Assembly: GCA_964016885.1 (NCBI GenBank)
Contig: OZ024741.1
Span: 43,028,001-43,092,000, forward strand
Origin: Eledone cirrhosa
Lineage: Eukaryota
Direction: 5' to 3'
DNA: 64,000 nucleotides
The number at the start of each line of letters is the position of its first letter. The stretch's first letter is position 1. The notes under the pieces are model-generated. The model had not been told where the DNA came from. It saw nothing but the letters and a program-made list of their open reading frames with translations, and ran no database searches. Positions 1-12,664 of this stretch are shown here, one piece after another. Made by a program: the position numbers and the translations under genes.

Positions 1-129
1 AGGATCTTTGCTGAATCTCTATTTCAATTGTACATGAGGTATTTTGTTATTTTGCTGTTATTGGGATTATCAAATCTTATCATTCAAAGTGAGTGCTAAT
101 ATACAGGTTTTGGTCCAAAATAGAATAAT

Positions 130-2480
130 TTGCTTAACTATATTACTTTTACGTTGGATCATTCTAGTAACGTAGCCATGTATGAATATTTGCTGATAAG
201 CATGGAACCTTTCATCCATGGATTCTGTGTGAGTTGGCTGCTATCGTGTAGGGATTTTTTCTCAAGGAGCTCCTTTCCAATTCTAAGTATGTTATTTGCT
301 TTATGTAGAAAAAATGTTCTATAAATAGGCGTCTATACGCGTTGGTTTCTAGATGTTATCGGAGACATATGATGCGACACTCAAATGCTGTTTGGATTGA
401 TGTTAAGCATATGCATCCCTGTTTACGTTTCAGGTTTATGTCACTGTTGATGAGGAAATTTGGGGTGCTGGTTAGAACGTTAATGAGAAATACTCCCTAC
501 ACCATAACAACCAACTCACACAGAGCAATACCTCAACGAATCCATGGATGAACGGTTGTATGTTGTATGGTGGTTCTCCAGTCAAGTAGTCCCAAGATTG
601 GTGTCAGCATAGGCACAGCAAACACAACTGAACTATTTTCTACAGAAAATTCCGAAGACCTATTCTTCTTGTTCGGGATATATATTCCCTGATTACTCGT
701 TCTTTGTTTCAAATTCCATGACAGGATATATTTTCATCTCCGTATCTATATTTTCATCTCCTTATCTATAGCAACCCTTTTCAGATATCGATGACACACT
801 AATGCCGTTGATAGAGATCACGCTAGGATGGCTTGTAGATTTGCCTCGTTTGATAATCATATAGAAACATTTATTCTGGCCAAATCCCATTCCTATATCT
901 TTCGAGAACGTCGTTGGCATGTGAAGATTTTACTCATATCGTATATATATTCTTGGCATAAAGTTTCAGGTCATTCACAAAGACACTATGCATTATATTT
1001 GTTTTCTGGCTTCTTGTGAACCAATTACGTTTTCTCAGCATAAAGGACAAGGAATTACTCACTGTATAAATAACATCACAGAGAGAGACTGTCACCTTGA
1101 AATACACCCCTACGTATTCTATTTTATCAGTGAAAATATAGTCCTCATTTTCTGTATTTGACTTCAGGATAGTGGCCCAGTTAAAATATATGTTCTGTAT
1201 GTTTCTGATCAAGATATCTGGGACATAAGCGAGCTGAAGGGCTTCTCACAACCAAGAGTGGGGAACTGAATCGAATGCTTTCCCGTAGTTTATCAAAACT
1301 ACAATCAAGTTTATCCAAACTACAACTCTTCCTATTAGGCCGCATATCTGAAACCGCAGTTTTGTTATTTAGGAGTTGCTCATCCAGCAACACAGCTCTT
1401 CTCTTCCCATCTGTGATGATATTGTTATTTTCATGGTGCTCCTGGAGGAATAGGCTCAGACAAGCTGTATTCACATTATACATTAGGTTCTGGCATGCAA
1501 TAGGTTGGTAGGTTTTTGCCAAGTGTGCTGATTCATTGTTTTGAAGGACCCGTCTTATTTCGGTTACTGTCAAACAGCTTGGTATGTGTAACTTCTTTGA
1601 GAGCTTTCTGGTAGACGTTGATAAAATACATCCGATTCAAAATCATTTCTTTGTACCCCACAATTAAGTCTTTCCTGGTACTTTCTTATCTTGAAGTTTT
1701 CCTAACACAGTCGCGAGGATATCGTCATTAATGTTGTATTTTTTGGTGTAATGTAAGGGCAGTAGTTCTTTTGGACCTGTTTCAAGTACAATAGATCTTG
1801 GTTGAATTTCTTTTCTCCAACACATATATTTCTCCAGAAGGAATCTATGTCTTTCTGAGACGGGGCATCAGTAACATTTATTGATTTGCCTCTCATATCT
1901 CTGAAGACGGATGTTTGATTTTGGCTGAATATATTATTTATCATTTTTCATTCAGCCAAACTTTTCTCATATCGGAGTTCTCGCTGACAGCTCTCAGTTC
2001 TTGTTTTAGAGTGATCAAATTGTATTGAAGATTTCTGCTTGTACTATCTCCAAACATTATTTCTAATTTATTTTTCACTCTCTGTTAGTCAGGGGTGTTT
2101 CGTTTTTTTTCTTTTTACATGTGATAAGCATCGTCACTTGGCCGATAGTTTTTCGTAAAAATGCGATGTTGTCTTCTGTTTTTGTAATATACGAATGGCT
2201 TTTTTGTGCTGTTTTGTTCCTGTTAACATCTCTATTATCACCAAGATAATGCTTTACTGTCGGTGCTAGGGCATATTGACATACGTTCAATTGCCAAAAG
2301 GCAGGGGGTTTTTAATTTTTCATAAATATCCACCTTCGATTTTGTCGATAGCACACAGATTCTTTTTATTTAGCTTCTTGTTTAATACTGTTTTTATATA
2401 TCTTTTTTTGAGAGAAAGTTTCGTACATAAATTCATCTTATTTTGGCAAGTTTCGCTAAGCTGAGGTGTATATTTTAACT
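130..2480 (-). mobile_element. Degraded R4/Dong-like non-LTR retrotransposon (RT remnant)
   Basis: Minus-strand ORF pieces read NNIFSQNQTSVFRDMRG..P..DSFWRNI (1702-1944), YQPIACQNLMY...EQLLNNK...DCSFD (1181-1573) and HSVFVNDLKLYAKN (934-1212; degenerate YMDDLKLY). These are in R4/Dong RT order with many stops and frameshifts. Confidence 0.7.
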
Positions 2481-2799
2481 GTTTGAACGCTTCCCTTTCC
2501 CAGCTATTGGTAGAATTAGTATCACTGATAGGCTTTTGATTTTGATGCTCAACGTGACTGAAATATAGTAGTCGAGGTAAAGTCAGCGGTGACAGATAGT
2601 GTCAAATATGTCGCCGGCATAGCTGTTTCGCGAGGCTGTGCTTGTATTGCTGCTGTTTGTGGCTGATTGAGAAACTGGACTCGTCAAACCCCAGTAAAAT
2701 GGCGGCCTATTATGATTCATGCTGATTGCTTGTCCGATCTAGATGGCTGCTTAATTAATGTTGATATTTGTAGAGGTGTCACGCTTTTGCTATTATATT

Positions 2800-4225
2800 G
2801 AATGATATTTATGTTATGTGCATGTTTGACTATCGTAAACATACAAAGTGGGAAGCGTTGGCGGATACGGAAGTCGGCAACAGGTATGTGGATACTATTT
2901 CATAGACATTCAGAGAATTCGATGAGCAAACCGAGGATGTTGAAACAAACAGGAGACCTTTCAGCGCGCCAGTTTCTACTTCAGCTATTTAATACTGCGG
3001 GTGAAAGTGGTTTGGTGTGGCCCGGTGGGCAGGAGGACCTCTTGGTTAAATCAAGAAGTCAAAGATGCCATTTGAGCAAAGTGAAGGGTTTATAAAGAGA
3101 GGCTTGGAAATAGGTCCTCCTTCTTAAACTTGCGCTACAAACAGGTGCGAAACGTTGCATGTAAGACAATAACACCGTCCAAAGTTTACACCGTAAAACT
3201 TGGGAGTTAAGCTGGAATCCGACATCGGACCAGCAAATAAAATATTCTGGCAGACCATCTGCTGACTTCGTAATAAGAACTCCTCCTCCATCAGGAAAAC
3301 GTCTGCGTTTCTCCTATCTTCAGCGAGGTGCATCCTAATGAACCGGGGAGAATATTTTGTTGATCTCCTAAAGCCGCTCATAACGGCATTTTCTGATATA
3401 TACTTGGTGCACCTGGAAACGTTGACTAACGTCTTGAAAGTTGAGATCACAAGATCAATTACAGAGCTCAAATGTGGCAAAGCTGCATGTTAAAATCTTT
3501 AAATAGAGATAGTGTTCTCTTGCTACATCGTGTATACTGAGGGGCCTGGATCTTTGAAAAGACACCCAAGCAATATCAATCGGGAACGATAATCACAATT
3601 TTCAAAAGGGGGGACAAGAGAGTTTGTTCCAATCATAAAGGGATCCTGTTAAATCTCTTCGGTAAAGTCTATACTAAGTGTTTGGTAAAGAGATGTACGG
3701 GGATTGTTGAGTCCAAGGTGGCCTACAGATACTGTGGTTTTCGACCAAATAGTGACACTGCAGCAGTTTTTGGTGAATGGTGGAAAGTATTGCCGAGAGG
3801 TTTGTGCTACTTTAGTAAACCTCGAAATAACCATCTTTCACGGGACCTGATGTTGAAAGTTCTGCCGAAGCATAGGATCAAGGAACAGCTTGTTGCCATG
3901 GTATCTCCTTACGAATGATTGAGTATTCGTATTCTGAGAAATAGAGATAAGTCGAGCTATTCAATTATGGTGTACGCCTCCGCTAAGTAAGCCCTGTGTG
4001 CCCTCGTCTGTTCACATTCCCAATAGACAAGATTAACATGTGCAGCCGGGCTGGTATCATGTATGAAGAATGTAGGTTCATCGTTTGGAATTTCTTGACG
4101 TTATAGTATTACTTAAGTTGTCCAAAGGTGATCTCCGACATGCACTTGATAAGTTTGATGCGTATTGCTACACGACAGGAATGAACATTTTTGCTATGAA
4201 GACTGAGACACTCGTCCCTAGTAAT
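2800..4225 (+). mobile_element. Degraded RTE-clade (Rex3/Expander-like) LINE, RT remnant
   Basis: About 3560-3750 translates as TPKQYQSGTIITIFKRGDKRVCSNHKGILL/LFGKVYTKCLVKRCTGIVESKVAYRYCGFRP, resembling the RTE motif PLFKKGDRRVCSNYRGITLLSLPGKVY..QCGFRP. 4085-4220 reads DLRHALDKFDAYC..GMNI..MKTETLV. Confidence 0.7.
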
Positions 4226-4604
4226 GCTGCTGCAGTTGTTGATTCTGCTGTTGCTACCAACGTTGGTGCCACTGGTATTGTTATTTGCCGTTTGGTTGTT
4301 GTAGCTATCGGGGGCCTGGTGTTGACAACAAGGGATATTTGTGGTGCCCAATCTTTTGTTGGGGACAGTAAGCACTCAAACGTCATTTACACCAGAGAGA
4401 ATGACAATGAGGTTATTTGATCTCAACAATCCCCATAATAATTTGCACTTTGCGAAATATAAACACACACACAGAGACAGACATATAATCAAAACCCCAA
4501 GACTTATTAATCTATACAGCATACAGAAAATAGAACTCTTAGTGATTGTAGACATATTATGAAGAGTACTCTCAATATGATTGTTTCGATGAAATTAACT
4601 CCAT

Positions 4605-5253
4605 TTCATTACTGGTAATTCATTTTATCGACCGCATTTTGATGAAGGGAAAGGCTAAACTCAGTGGCATTTGAACTCAGAATACAAAGAGCTGTAACTC
4701 TATGTCGCAAAGTATGTTGTCCGACGCTGTACGGATACTGAAAATCCATAGTCGTACTCTCAATATAATGGAAATAAGAACACTAAAATCAACACTACAT
4801 ATGTCCAACATGCACAGAGCTGTGCTCGTATATGCCGTGAAAACACGCAAAAATAATAATTGTTTCTACTTTTGGTCACCTGCCAGCAATCATATCAGTA
4901 GGTTAACTGGTACTTTATTTTATCGACCGCGTAAGGATGAAGGCAAAGTTCACCTCGGGGGGATTTGAACACAAACCGTAAAGGGCTGTAACTCTATGCT
5001 GCAAAGCATGGCGTCCGACCCTCTACCGATACTGCCAATAATAATTGTTTCTACTTTTAGGCACAAGGCCAACAATTTCTGTGGTAGGGGAAAGTTGATT
5101 AAATAGACCCCAGTGCGTAACTGGTACTTTATTTTATCGGCCCCGTAAGGATGAAAAGCAAAACAAACCTCAGCGGGATTAGAACTCAAACCGTAAAGGA
5201 CTGTAGCTGTATGCTTCAAAGCATGGTGTCTGACGCTCTACCAATACTGCCAA
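4605..5253 (-). mobile_element. Cluster of three tRNA-derived SINE copies (Deu/Nin-like core, octopus-type)
   Basis: Three related copies at ~4605-4740, 4858-5038 and 5044-5253 share actggtactttattttatcgacc..aaggatgaaggcaaagt..acctcgg..gatttgaactca. The reverse complement carries a B-box-like gagttcaaat, and the 3' ends lie at aataat tracts. Confidence 0.75.
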
Positions 5254-6495
5254 TCCACCAAAGGCCCACTAGAGTACAACAATGTAATGCGCAGAAAAAC
5301 AACACACGAGACATAATGGATAATTTCTATTAAGTTCAGGAATATGAATATGAAAACAATTATAGATAGGTATAGGTAATAATAGAAAACACTGACAGTA
5401 CAGAAACAAATAGGAAACAAAAAACTTCTTCATTCCGACGCACTAACGACTCAGCCATTTCGCCTTTTTAGAAATATCAATTTTATAATGTCTGAATTTG
5501 CAGAAATATCTAATATTAAAAGTACTTGTAAAACGAATAGAAATAAAATGTAACAAAGCAACAAAACTAATTTTAAATATGGAAAGAATATTCATGGAAC
5601 AACATGAAAGAAGATGTCGATTGGAAATTTACAGACATAATGAAACTAAGATTAGGAAGTTGCACTAAGTTAACAAAAGAGATAACAAAATAACTTGCGG
5701 CAAATATTTATTCAAAATATCTTAGATTTGCAGATCTACCCAACATATTTTATATGGAAAAGAAAATATCAAAGAAGAAAAGTACAAAAATGGGATAGAG
5801 TATAAAAAACAATTCAGAAATACATACAAACGAAAAAAACAACAACAAAAAAACAGAGGGAAATATCAGTAGATTACATCAAAGACTGAGAAACTTCATC
5901 TTGATAAGACTTGAAATGTCATTTTATTTCCTATGCAGTAAGCACGCAACGTTAGACAAAAAAAAAAGACCCTTTGAGAATTATGTCGCATTTAAATATC
6001 TAAAAGTAAAATGAAATGCTATCGAACAAAGGACTGAAAACGATGGAAATATTAAAGGAAATAGAAAGAATGGTATCCTTCCATATACAATGAAGTAATA
6101 TTATGCGAGAACAATGTAGCTATAATAGTAATTGCTATTAATTTATTCCAACTGGAGTAGTGAGTGCCGTAGAGAAAAATGCAAATCTGCTGATGAGTCG
6201 ACTCCATATCATTACGCATAAATGAGCTATTCTTGGGCCAGTCGATTCATAAATACAATTAAAGTTAAAACATTCACATCCTCAGGATACTTTCCAGGAG
6301 GAGTCTTAATTTTCCATTCAGTTGCGTCAAGGAAAATTGAAGTGAAATACCGCCCCCACGCCTAGATTGGATGACTATATATTTTAGGCCACAACCTCCA
6401 ACGTTTCAGTTCAGCGCAGCAAATTCATGTCATGAAAGAGTTTGAATGTAATGCAGTTGTGATTAGATTGTATATTGTATGGGCTCGTAACTTCA

Positions 6496-6734
6496 ATGTA
6501 CAAAATTTATTGGCATATTTCGATATCGATCAGCTAAACGTACAATCAAAATGACTGGACCCGACTCTTTTTCGACATCTCGTCAGATATGCGAGTTTAT
6601 ATGTGCAAAGACACATCTAAACGCGCACATATAAACTCGCATACCTGACGAGATGTCGAAAAAGTGTTGCGCCCTTCATTTTCTGAGCTGATCGATATCG
6701 AAACAATTGTAATATGCCGATAAAATTTGTACAT
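6496..6734. repeat. Imperfect ~240-bp palindrome (inverted HHR pair)
   Basis: tttttcgacatctcgtcagatatgcgagtttatatgtgc is the near reverse complement of gcacatataaactcgcatacctgacgagatgtcgaaaaa. The outer arms atgtacaaaatttat / ataaaatttgtacat also pair. Confidence 0.85.
6639..6717 (+). ncRNA. Type I hammerhead ribozyme motif
   Basis: gcatac-CTGACGA-gatgtcga..tcgatatc-GAAA-caattg-TA-atatgc: intact core, 8-bp stem II, palindromic stem III (acaattgt), GUA triplet, stem I with one mismatch. Confidence 0.75.
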
Positions 6735-6894
6735 ATGCTGCAATGCTGACTTTGATTCTATTTAATCGATTTACATTGTACACAATACAGCCGCCTTAAC
6801 TTTGGAACACAACCCACACGAGACGGACCTCGTAACAACATTGAGTATTTCGTTCGGCGTGTCACCTGTAACTCTAGTTACACACCTAACACAG

Positions 6895-6926
<32 letters not shown>

Positions 6927-8432
6927 TATATATATATATGAATAACTTCTACAAAACTAGAACTGTCTCATTCGTATGGAATCGTTAGGAATATTCTCCA
7001 TTCCTTTTCTCCATTGCTTTTGCAGCAGGGTGGGAGAAAACTGTTTCATATAATCTCATATAATCACAGATATAAAATTGTATAATGCAATAACAATTTT
7101 AATTCCCACCTAAAAAAGAATAAAAAATTACTGTTTAAATTTGTTCTGCTTTAGCTGAACTGATAATCTAATGCTATATATATACGTCAAATCAGAAAAA
7201 AAAACCCGCACTAATAACACCCCTAGTTGCCCGACCCTGCGCTCCACTCACATGACCATTATTAATATCAGTTGCAAAATCTGGTAAAAATAAAAACAGA
7301 TTGAAACTATTATTTTTTTTGTCTATTTCACTATATTCTTAATGCAAATTATTCTAATGTGTTGGTATAAAATATTCTTCTTTTAGTAATCAGCACAAAA
7401 GAAGAATATATTATACATCTTCTTTTAGAAACCTGCACGAATTAAGTTCAATATTTCGGGGGGTGGGGGTAGTAATGAAACCATTTCAACATTCGTCGCA
7501 GAGTACTTTTCATAGAATTGTGGAAGATTTAAATGCGAAAGAAAAGGAATTCTGTAAAGTTTGTGGAGATTATTTTTCAAATGCAATTGGGGAACTGGAC
7601 ATGTTTCGGAGATGTGCCATGCAAGAACACATTCTCCGGGATTCAGATAGTTTTCTTATAGGAGATACAATACTGGGTACACTCTACAAAGTAGGGGTGA
7701 AGGGTTATATCTCCCAGGTGCAGTAGGATTTGAATTTTGCTTGAACTGCAGCTATGATATGCTGAGGATCCATTTTTAGGGGTCCCGAGATTCAAATTTA
7801 AAAAGACTGTGGTTGTACTGTGGTTGTTGTTGAAATTTTAGTATTGTACTTTCTCCATATGACAATATTTTCAAGTCAGGAATGTCTTTACTCTGATCCT
7901 TTCACAATGTTTTCCATTCAAGTGGTGACAAGCTAAGTACATATACCTGTATAACGATATTATATCGTTATAAAGTCGATATATCATTTACACTAAAATG
8001 ATATTTTCATCACTCTCTTAGGAAATACATCATAGCGTTTCACACAAAATATATATACAAACACACATCCAATAAACGTACATTTAATAAAAGTTCTTAT
8101 ATTCTGTAACACATTACAGCAAATAATAAATTATATTTGGTGTCTCTTCCGCTTTTGTCATTTTTCTAAGTCGCTACTTCTCTTCCTTATTGCGTTTCTA
8201 TAATGACCGTTGTTTGATTATCTTCCTAAAATAATATTAATATTATTCATAATACTTTTCTTCACGCGTAGCCGTTAACCCCTTTTCACCTAGCGACGAA
8301 CAACAGCAATATTTCTAGGTGATAGGATAGAATCACGCTCTCCTATATTTTTAATTACAATCAAAACAATCCGGATCACAATCACTCTGTCTATTTATGT
8401 TGTTGTACTAAGCAGAGTGTAATACTAATAAT

Positions 8433-8601
8433 AATTGTTTTTACTTTTGGCAATTAACCAGTACATTACTGGTACTTTATTTTATCAATCTCGTAAGGAT
8501 GAAAGGCAAAGATAACCTCGGCGAGATTTGAACTCAAACCATAAAGGGACGTAAGTCTATGCTGGAAAGCATGGCGTCCGACCCTCTACCGATACTGCCA
8601 A
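8433..8601 (-). mobile_element. tRNA-derived SINE (same family as 4605-5253)
   Basis: Contains actggtactttattttatcaatctcgtaaggatgaaaggcaaagataacctcggcgagatttgaactc and is flanked by taataataa. Confidence 0.75.
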
Positions 8602-8820
8602 CCCATTAATAATAATAAAAAGGACGAGGTGTTAGATCTTCATTACAGTTATTGTGCTTGGACGCACATTTCGTAATTGATCAGCTCAAGGCCGGATATG
8701 TATCGATGAAGCCCGACTCTGGTATCAAAAGCTCGTCGGACTTCTGTTATGGTAATACCATATATGTGAATAATTTCTAAAGGAGAACAGTTGTTTCAGT
8801 CGTATGAAATCAGGACATGT

Positions 8821-8862
8821 CTGATGATTTCATACGAATGAAACAGTTCTAGTCCTGTAAAG
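8821..8862 (+). ncRNA. Degenerate HHR-like motif at a small palindrome junction (relatives at 6945-6990 minus and 59428-59474 plus)
   Basis: CTGATGA-tttcatacgaat-GAAA-cag ttctagtc ctg-TA. Stem I is disrupted by the inversion centred near 8815. Confidence 0.45.
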
Positions 8863-9349
8863 TCATTTATATATATAATATAGATGCCTATACTCTACCA
8901 ATGTATTGAATACCTGTTATAGCTCTGGTTAGCGCCGGTACAATTCGCGAATCAACATATTTGTATATATGTATGCACCACCACCACCATCACCACCATC
9001 ACCACCACCATCAACAACAACAATAATACTTATAATGATCATAATGATAATAATAATAATGCTTTCTTTATTAACCACAAGGGTTTACATAAAGTAGACA
9101 TTAAGGACAGTACAGGACAATAGAGGACGGTACAAATGGGCATTTCTGCGTGTAAAAAACAAGAAACAGAGGATGTAATAATAGACCAATGAAACAATTC
9201 CCCAATAGCGGGGAGACTTCCGAGGGACATTCGTGGAGAAAGCCTATTAAAAAGCCACAGTGACCCTGACCACCAGGGCAAGTGTCCTCTCCCAGTTTTC
9301 CACCTTTAATTTACGGACACATACTCAGAGTAGGCCCATTCACTCGGGA

Positions 9350-12300
9350 AGAGAGCACTTACTTTCTACCCTGATTTTCCTTTTCAAATGAAATTTGAAA
9401 AAGTTAATCAGGGCAGCACCGTAGAGGTAAGTGCTCGTCTTCAGCCCTTTCAAACGTGTCCACCATACTATCTCTTTCGCCATGGCCACCAGACAGATAA
9501 AAACAGCCTGCCCTTCCCGGTTAAAGGAAGGGAGGCGGGGCAATCCTCACGATGGACTCAGCTGATAGCTGGATCCATCCCACACGGGAGAGCAATGCTC
9601 GGACACTAGTCGAGTGCGTGCAGGACGGTTTCGTCGCCCTGCGCGCATCTCGTACATGCCCGGGTGACGGCACATCCATGCCTGTAGAGTTTATCCCGAA
9701 CTGGCAAAGCTCCTCGGTAGCACTGCCAGGCCAGTTTTTCTGGAAGTTATCCATAGGCCCCGGCCCGAAAGTCCTTCCGAAGAGATTGGCTAGTTGATTT
9801 TCGTCGACGCCTAGAGTTTCCCCAAGTACGTCGTCGCTCTTACCCTCCACTAATCCTCTGTAGAACGCCAAGGTGGAGTTTCCACCGATCACATTGCACG
9901 ACTGGTCGAGGGCTGTGAGCGCCTGAAGACATTCCAGTCTCCAAGCGCTCCTTCTCGGTCTTCGTTTGACACAGGACTGTAGCTCCGTCAAGGAGACGAG
10001 CTGGGGAAAGACGCTTCTAGCAAACGGCGACCACACCTGATAACCGTCGAGTAAGAGGTGGAGATGTGGTATCCTGAGCGCGTGTCTGCGCATCATCAGC
10101 CACGGCATTCCCAGCCCTCCGCGTAGTGGGTGTTGACAGCAGATGGACTGCCTGTCCATCGGAGAGGTCCCTTCCACAAAAAGAGAAAGCGCAAACGCTC
10201 CAGCGCAGTCAGGCGGGGCTTAGTACAAGGTACGACGGTCAGGCGGAAGTAGATGACGGACGCGATATACGCTTTAGCCCCCTCCGCCCGACCTTTCAGG
10301 GATATCTTCCTCTCGGCCATTTCTGGTTGAGAAAAGCCACCCTGCTCGTCACCTCGTCCCAGTTTTTGTCCGTCTGGAGATACGAACTGAACCAGATCCC
10401 TAGCAATTTAACCCGTCTGTCCGTCCAGCGCCCAGCGACGCTGTTGGACGGCATGGACCTGCCTCTCCAGGTGCCGAGTTTCAGGCCCACTGACTTTTTC
10501 TGGTTGATCATTGCTCCTGTCACCGTTTCGTATTCTCTTAGTGTAGTGTCGATCGCCTCGATGTGTTTGGCGTTCGAGACCACTACGGTGACACCGTCCG
10601 CATATGCTGACACGGATCTTCCGCATCCTAGTTCGCGCGGGACCCCCCTCAACGTCTCCAGTTTGTGCAGTAATGGCTCGAGAGTCAATACGTACAAGAG
10701 GGACGAGAGGGGACATCCTTGGCGGACCGAGCGCATGATGTTGAACGGTTCCGATAGGTGACCGTTCACTCTCACCACAGAGCAGATGTCGCTGTGCATG
10801 GCAGCGATCCAGCCTCTGAAGACGGGCCCAAAGCCAGCCGCCCTCAGGACTGCCGCTAGGTAACGATGGTCGACCCTATCGTAAGCTTTCGACTGATCTA
10901 AATTGATCATGGACCCACCCGTGCCAGGTTCCCTAGCTACCCTCTCTACGATGTATCGCATGAGGTGGAGGTTGTCGGGGATGGATCTGTCGGCAATGGC
11001 GCATGTCTGAGCCTCTCCCACCAGACCACCAACGACAAGCGCCAACCTTTTTACTAGCACCTTGGCCAAAATCTTGAACTCTGTGTTTATCAGAGTTATG
11101 GGCCTAAAATTATCTATGTTATCCCCCTTGTTCGGATCCTTTCTATGCAGCGCCACAGCTCCTCGGCTCACAGAGCTGGGAATTCTCCCGTTCTGTTGCC
11201 AGTTGCAGTAGACGTCCGACAAGAGGCTTCCGAACAAGTCTGGCATCTGTACGTAAAGTTAATAGGGCAGACCATCCAAACCAGGCGATATACCCCTTGT
11301 GCAGCCAGTCATTGCCTCCCGTACTTCAGCAGCTGTTATCGGCTTTTCGCAACACTCCGCCTCAGTGGCCAAGAGCCGCGGCAGTCCGTCGAGGTAGACA
11401 CTAAAGTCCATCCCTCGATCCGGCCCACCACTACCCCCGAACAGCTGAGCGAAGTGTCGCTGAAAAGCTTCACATATTTGCCCGGGATCGAGTAGCATAC
11501 GCCCGTCGTGGTCCACCAAAGACCGGATCGTGGCTCTGTTGCCACGACACGCCTCCGCCACTCAGGCTCATTGAACGGCTTTCGTTCCCTCGTGTCTGAG
11601 AGCACGCACCCTAGCTCTGACAAAGCAGCCTTCGTGCTTTGCATTGAAGAATTGGTCAAGGGCCAATTTCGCCGCAAGTACGTCGGTCGCGATGCCTTTG
11701 CTAAGCGCCTCGTCTAATTTTCTAACTAATTCTCCCTCTGCTCTATTTTTCTCTATTGCTAAAGCCTTACTAAACCTAAAGGACTATATTCTAATTGCTC
11801 TTTTCAGATCAAATCACCACTTGTTGTTGACGATGGCCCCCGTCAACGTTCGCTTAACTAGTTCGCTAATCCGGTCTCGGTAGACCTTGCGTGCTGGTAA
11901 GGACGCGTATAGCTTCCAGTAGCCGGGTCCTCGTCTATGAAGCCTATCTAAGTCAAGCACACAGATCACACATTTTTCGTCCGTGTAGCTGATTATCTTG
12001 AATTGTGGACAGCCTATGCTAGACCTATCTATTTCCCTACAAAATACTCTATCTAGATATGGTCTGGATGACCCTATGCGATTTGTCCAAGTCCACATTG
12101 GCACATTCGGGACATCCAATCGGTACCTGTCAGACAGTTCAAAACCCCTGAGCAGGTAGGTGAGGCTCTTGCACCCTTCTCCCCTATCCGCTAATCTCAC
12201 ACAGTCCCAGCGTGCATCTAAGATCCCGTTCCAGTTTCGCCCACTAACACTAAAGAGCGGGACGTTCCAAGAAAGGTGTCCAGACGCCGGAAGAAATCAG

Positions 12301-12658
12301 GCCGCCCCGCTCCTGTCGGGGCATAGACGACCACTAGCCTGAAATATTGCCCGTCTCCGCTGGTCACGTCTAGCACCACCAACTTACCTTCTGGGTCCAG
12401 GAAGATGGCCCGTATGGCGAGATCCAAACCTCTCCGAAAAAGCACAGCAACTCCTACCCCCGATCCCGGACGGCTGGGAGATGCGTACATATCGTAGCCG
12501 CCGAAGATCGGTGCGAAGGCCCGTGCTTCGGAGATTCTGGTCTCGCTGATGGCCACTACATCTATGTTTAGTGACCTGAGGTCGTTGAGCAGGTGGGCCT
12601 GCTTCCATGACGACCCCAAGCCACGCACATTTATGCTGCCTATTCTGAGTGAGGTCAT
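9350..12658 (-). pseudogene. Tx1 ORF2 (AP endonuclease + reverse transcriptase + C-terminal zinc-binding region), frameshifted
   Basis: APE: SINVRGL..ISETR..VVYAP..WTW..YLDRVF..SYTD. RT: SPGLDGLPY, FRPITLIN..KILAKVL, LDQSKAYDRVDH, SVRQGCPLS, AYADG (degenerate YADD). The frame is split across several ORFs. Confidence 0.88.
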
Positions 12659-12664
12659 GTTCAA

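Noticed and set aside
6190-6252. ctgatgagtcgact..agtcgattcat as a hammerhead
   Set aside because: A stem is present, but no GAAA or NUH follows.
7463-7726. 87-aa ORF as a host exon
   Set aside because: No recognisable domain or convincing splice signals; possibly a decayed TE on the other strand.
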